Assembly (NCBI GenBank): GCA_010093995.1
Contig: ML992503.1
Coordinates: 180,984-244,983 of the forward strand
Direction: 5' to 3'
Source: Elsinoe ampelina
Lineage: Eukaryota
DNA: 64,000 nucleotides
Shown: in pieces, positions 62,601 to 64,000 of the stretch
How the letters are laid out: every line of letters begins with the position of its first letter
Numbering within the stretch: the first letter of the stretch is position 1
The notes under the pieces: generated by a model
The model's input: the letters and a program-made list of their open reading frames with translations, nothing else
What the model was told of the DNA's origin: nothing
The model's database searches: none
Program-made: the position numbers and the translations under genes

Positions 62601-64000
62601 ATAGATATCTATATAGATAAGCTAAAGAACCTTAAGTCTTCTTTGTAAGGTTTTGCCTCTTCTATTCCTTATCTTTATAAGGGAATAAACCTTATATAGA
62701 ACAGATAGATTATAGTTTAGGTTAATAGGTTTCTTAAGAGTTATAACTTTATAAAGATCCCTAAGCTTCTTAATCCTAAGGTAAGTAAATCTCCTATACT
62801 AGAGCTAATACTCTATCTTAGAGTTATTAGGTCCTAAGTTAATAAGATTCTCTTATTACTTATCCTAGGTTAGATATACATACTTAGTCTATAATATAAT
62901 TATAGGCTAGGTAGTAAGGAATACTAAATCCTAATTAGCTAGATCTAGAATTAAGCTAGGCTTAGATCTAGAATGTAGCTTTTAATTAGCTAATTACTTA
63001 AAGAGGGATTAGATAATATATACCTCCCCTCGAATTCTAGCTTTAAGTAGTAGTTACTTCTACTAATTAAGGACAAGAAAAGAATTTAAATTAAGAACTC
63101 TAGAAACGCCTAAATCTACGCATAGGTTACAATAGGAGACTAAATTAATACTAAGATTAGGTATATAAAGAGCTTATATCTTTATCTTATCTCCCTTCTT
63201 AGTCTTAATAATTGTAGTTTCTATTAACTATAACTAAAGGTAACTCTCCCTAACCTAGATCTATTAAGTGCGAATCTTGCTTAATAGGCCCCTAAAGAGA
63301 GTTAGCTTGTCTATTATATAGTTAGATGCTCTAGAGTTAAGTATCTACTAATAATATAGAAGCTTACCTTAAACCTCTAATGTAAAACCTATAGTTTTAA
63401 GCTCTTTATCCCTAGATAGAACTTCTAGTAGTAGAGATAGAGATGTTAATAATAAACCTCTCTTAGTAGCTAGATAGGCTTTGCCTCTCCTTCTTGATTT
63501 AGCTACTTTAAGAGAGTCTATTCTCTTAGTAAGCTATCTTATAAGTTTAAGTAGTTCCTAGCGCTTAGGTAACTATCTCCTTATAGAGCTACTCCTTTTA
63601 GTAACTCTATAGGATAGCTAGATATACTTCTTAGCTTATTAGAGATAAGGACACCTTAACATAGAGTGTCTAGGTTCCTTATATAAGATATATATATAGT
63701 TTAAGCTCCTACTAGTTCCCTATTATAGTCTACCTCTTATAAACATAGTAGATTCCCCTTCTCCCTTCTATACTTTCTTTTCTTTAAGAATGTTATAGAT
63801 CTTATCTATACTAAGGTGTAGTTAAGCATCTAAGGTATCTCTTATAGTTAACTATAAAGCTAGAAGAGCACTAAGTAGTCTCTAAATTCTTGTTATTAGT
63901 AAGGAGTATTACTTAATCTTTAAAGATCTATTAATTCTCCTTCCTAACATAGTTAGGTATAACTAGGTATCTAAGATAGTTATATTATTACCTATAGTAT
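59673..64000 (-). mobile_element. Copia E (copia D family, opposite orientation, RIPed); 3' LTR at 59673-59875; 5' end outside the window
   Basis: The LTR and pol are reverse-complement homologues of copia D. Similarity falls off in gag beyond about 63,450. Confidence 0.92.

Larger units (their letters stand above)
28573..64000. repeat. AT-rich RIP-mutated transposon block, open at the right edge
   Basis: Abrupt switch to TpA-rich, CpA/TpG-poor DNA with essentially no long ORFs. Paired repeat copies differ mostly by C/T and G/A transitions. Confidence 0.97.

Overview
This is filamentous ascomycete (Pezizomycotina-type) DNA with two sharply separated compartments. Bases 1 to ~28,570 are gene-dense euchromatin with about 15 protein-coding genes and short introns. 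They include the dynein intermediate chain, two tandem Kre9/Knh1-like GPI proteins, CGR1, the ORT1 and TPC1 mitochondrial carriers, an AIM17-like dioxygenase, TMA22, TRM5 and a kinesin-3 (UncA). From 28,573 to the window end the DNA is AT-rich and heavily RIP-mutated. It resolves into one nested stack of seven transposons: copia A contains hAT-1; hAT-1 contains gypsy B (which contains gypsy C) and an inverted second copy, hAT-2; hAT-2 contains copia D and copia E. The main finding is that the hAT element is a three-gene unit. Between its TIR and transposase it carries a RIP-destroyed, two-intron histone H3 variant gene (no K9 or K36, CenH3-like fold features) and a divergent multi-intron gene with a long acidic tail. 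Two further findings are an antisense Cys6/coiled-coil accessory ORF in gypsy C and a ~33-bp palindrome shared by unrelated copia and gypsy elements. All translations in the RIP block are manual, and all de-RIPed residues are inferences.
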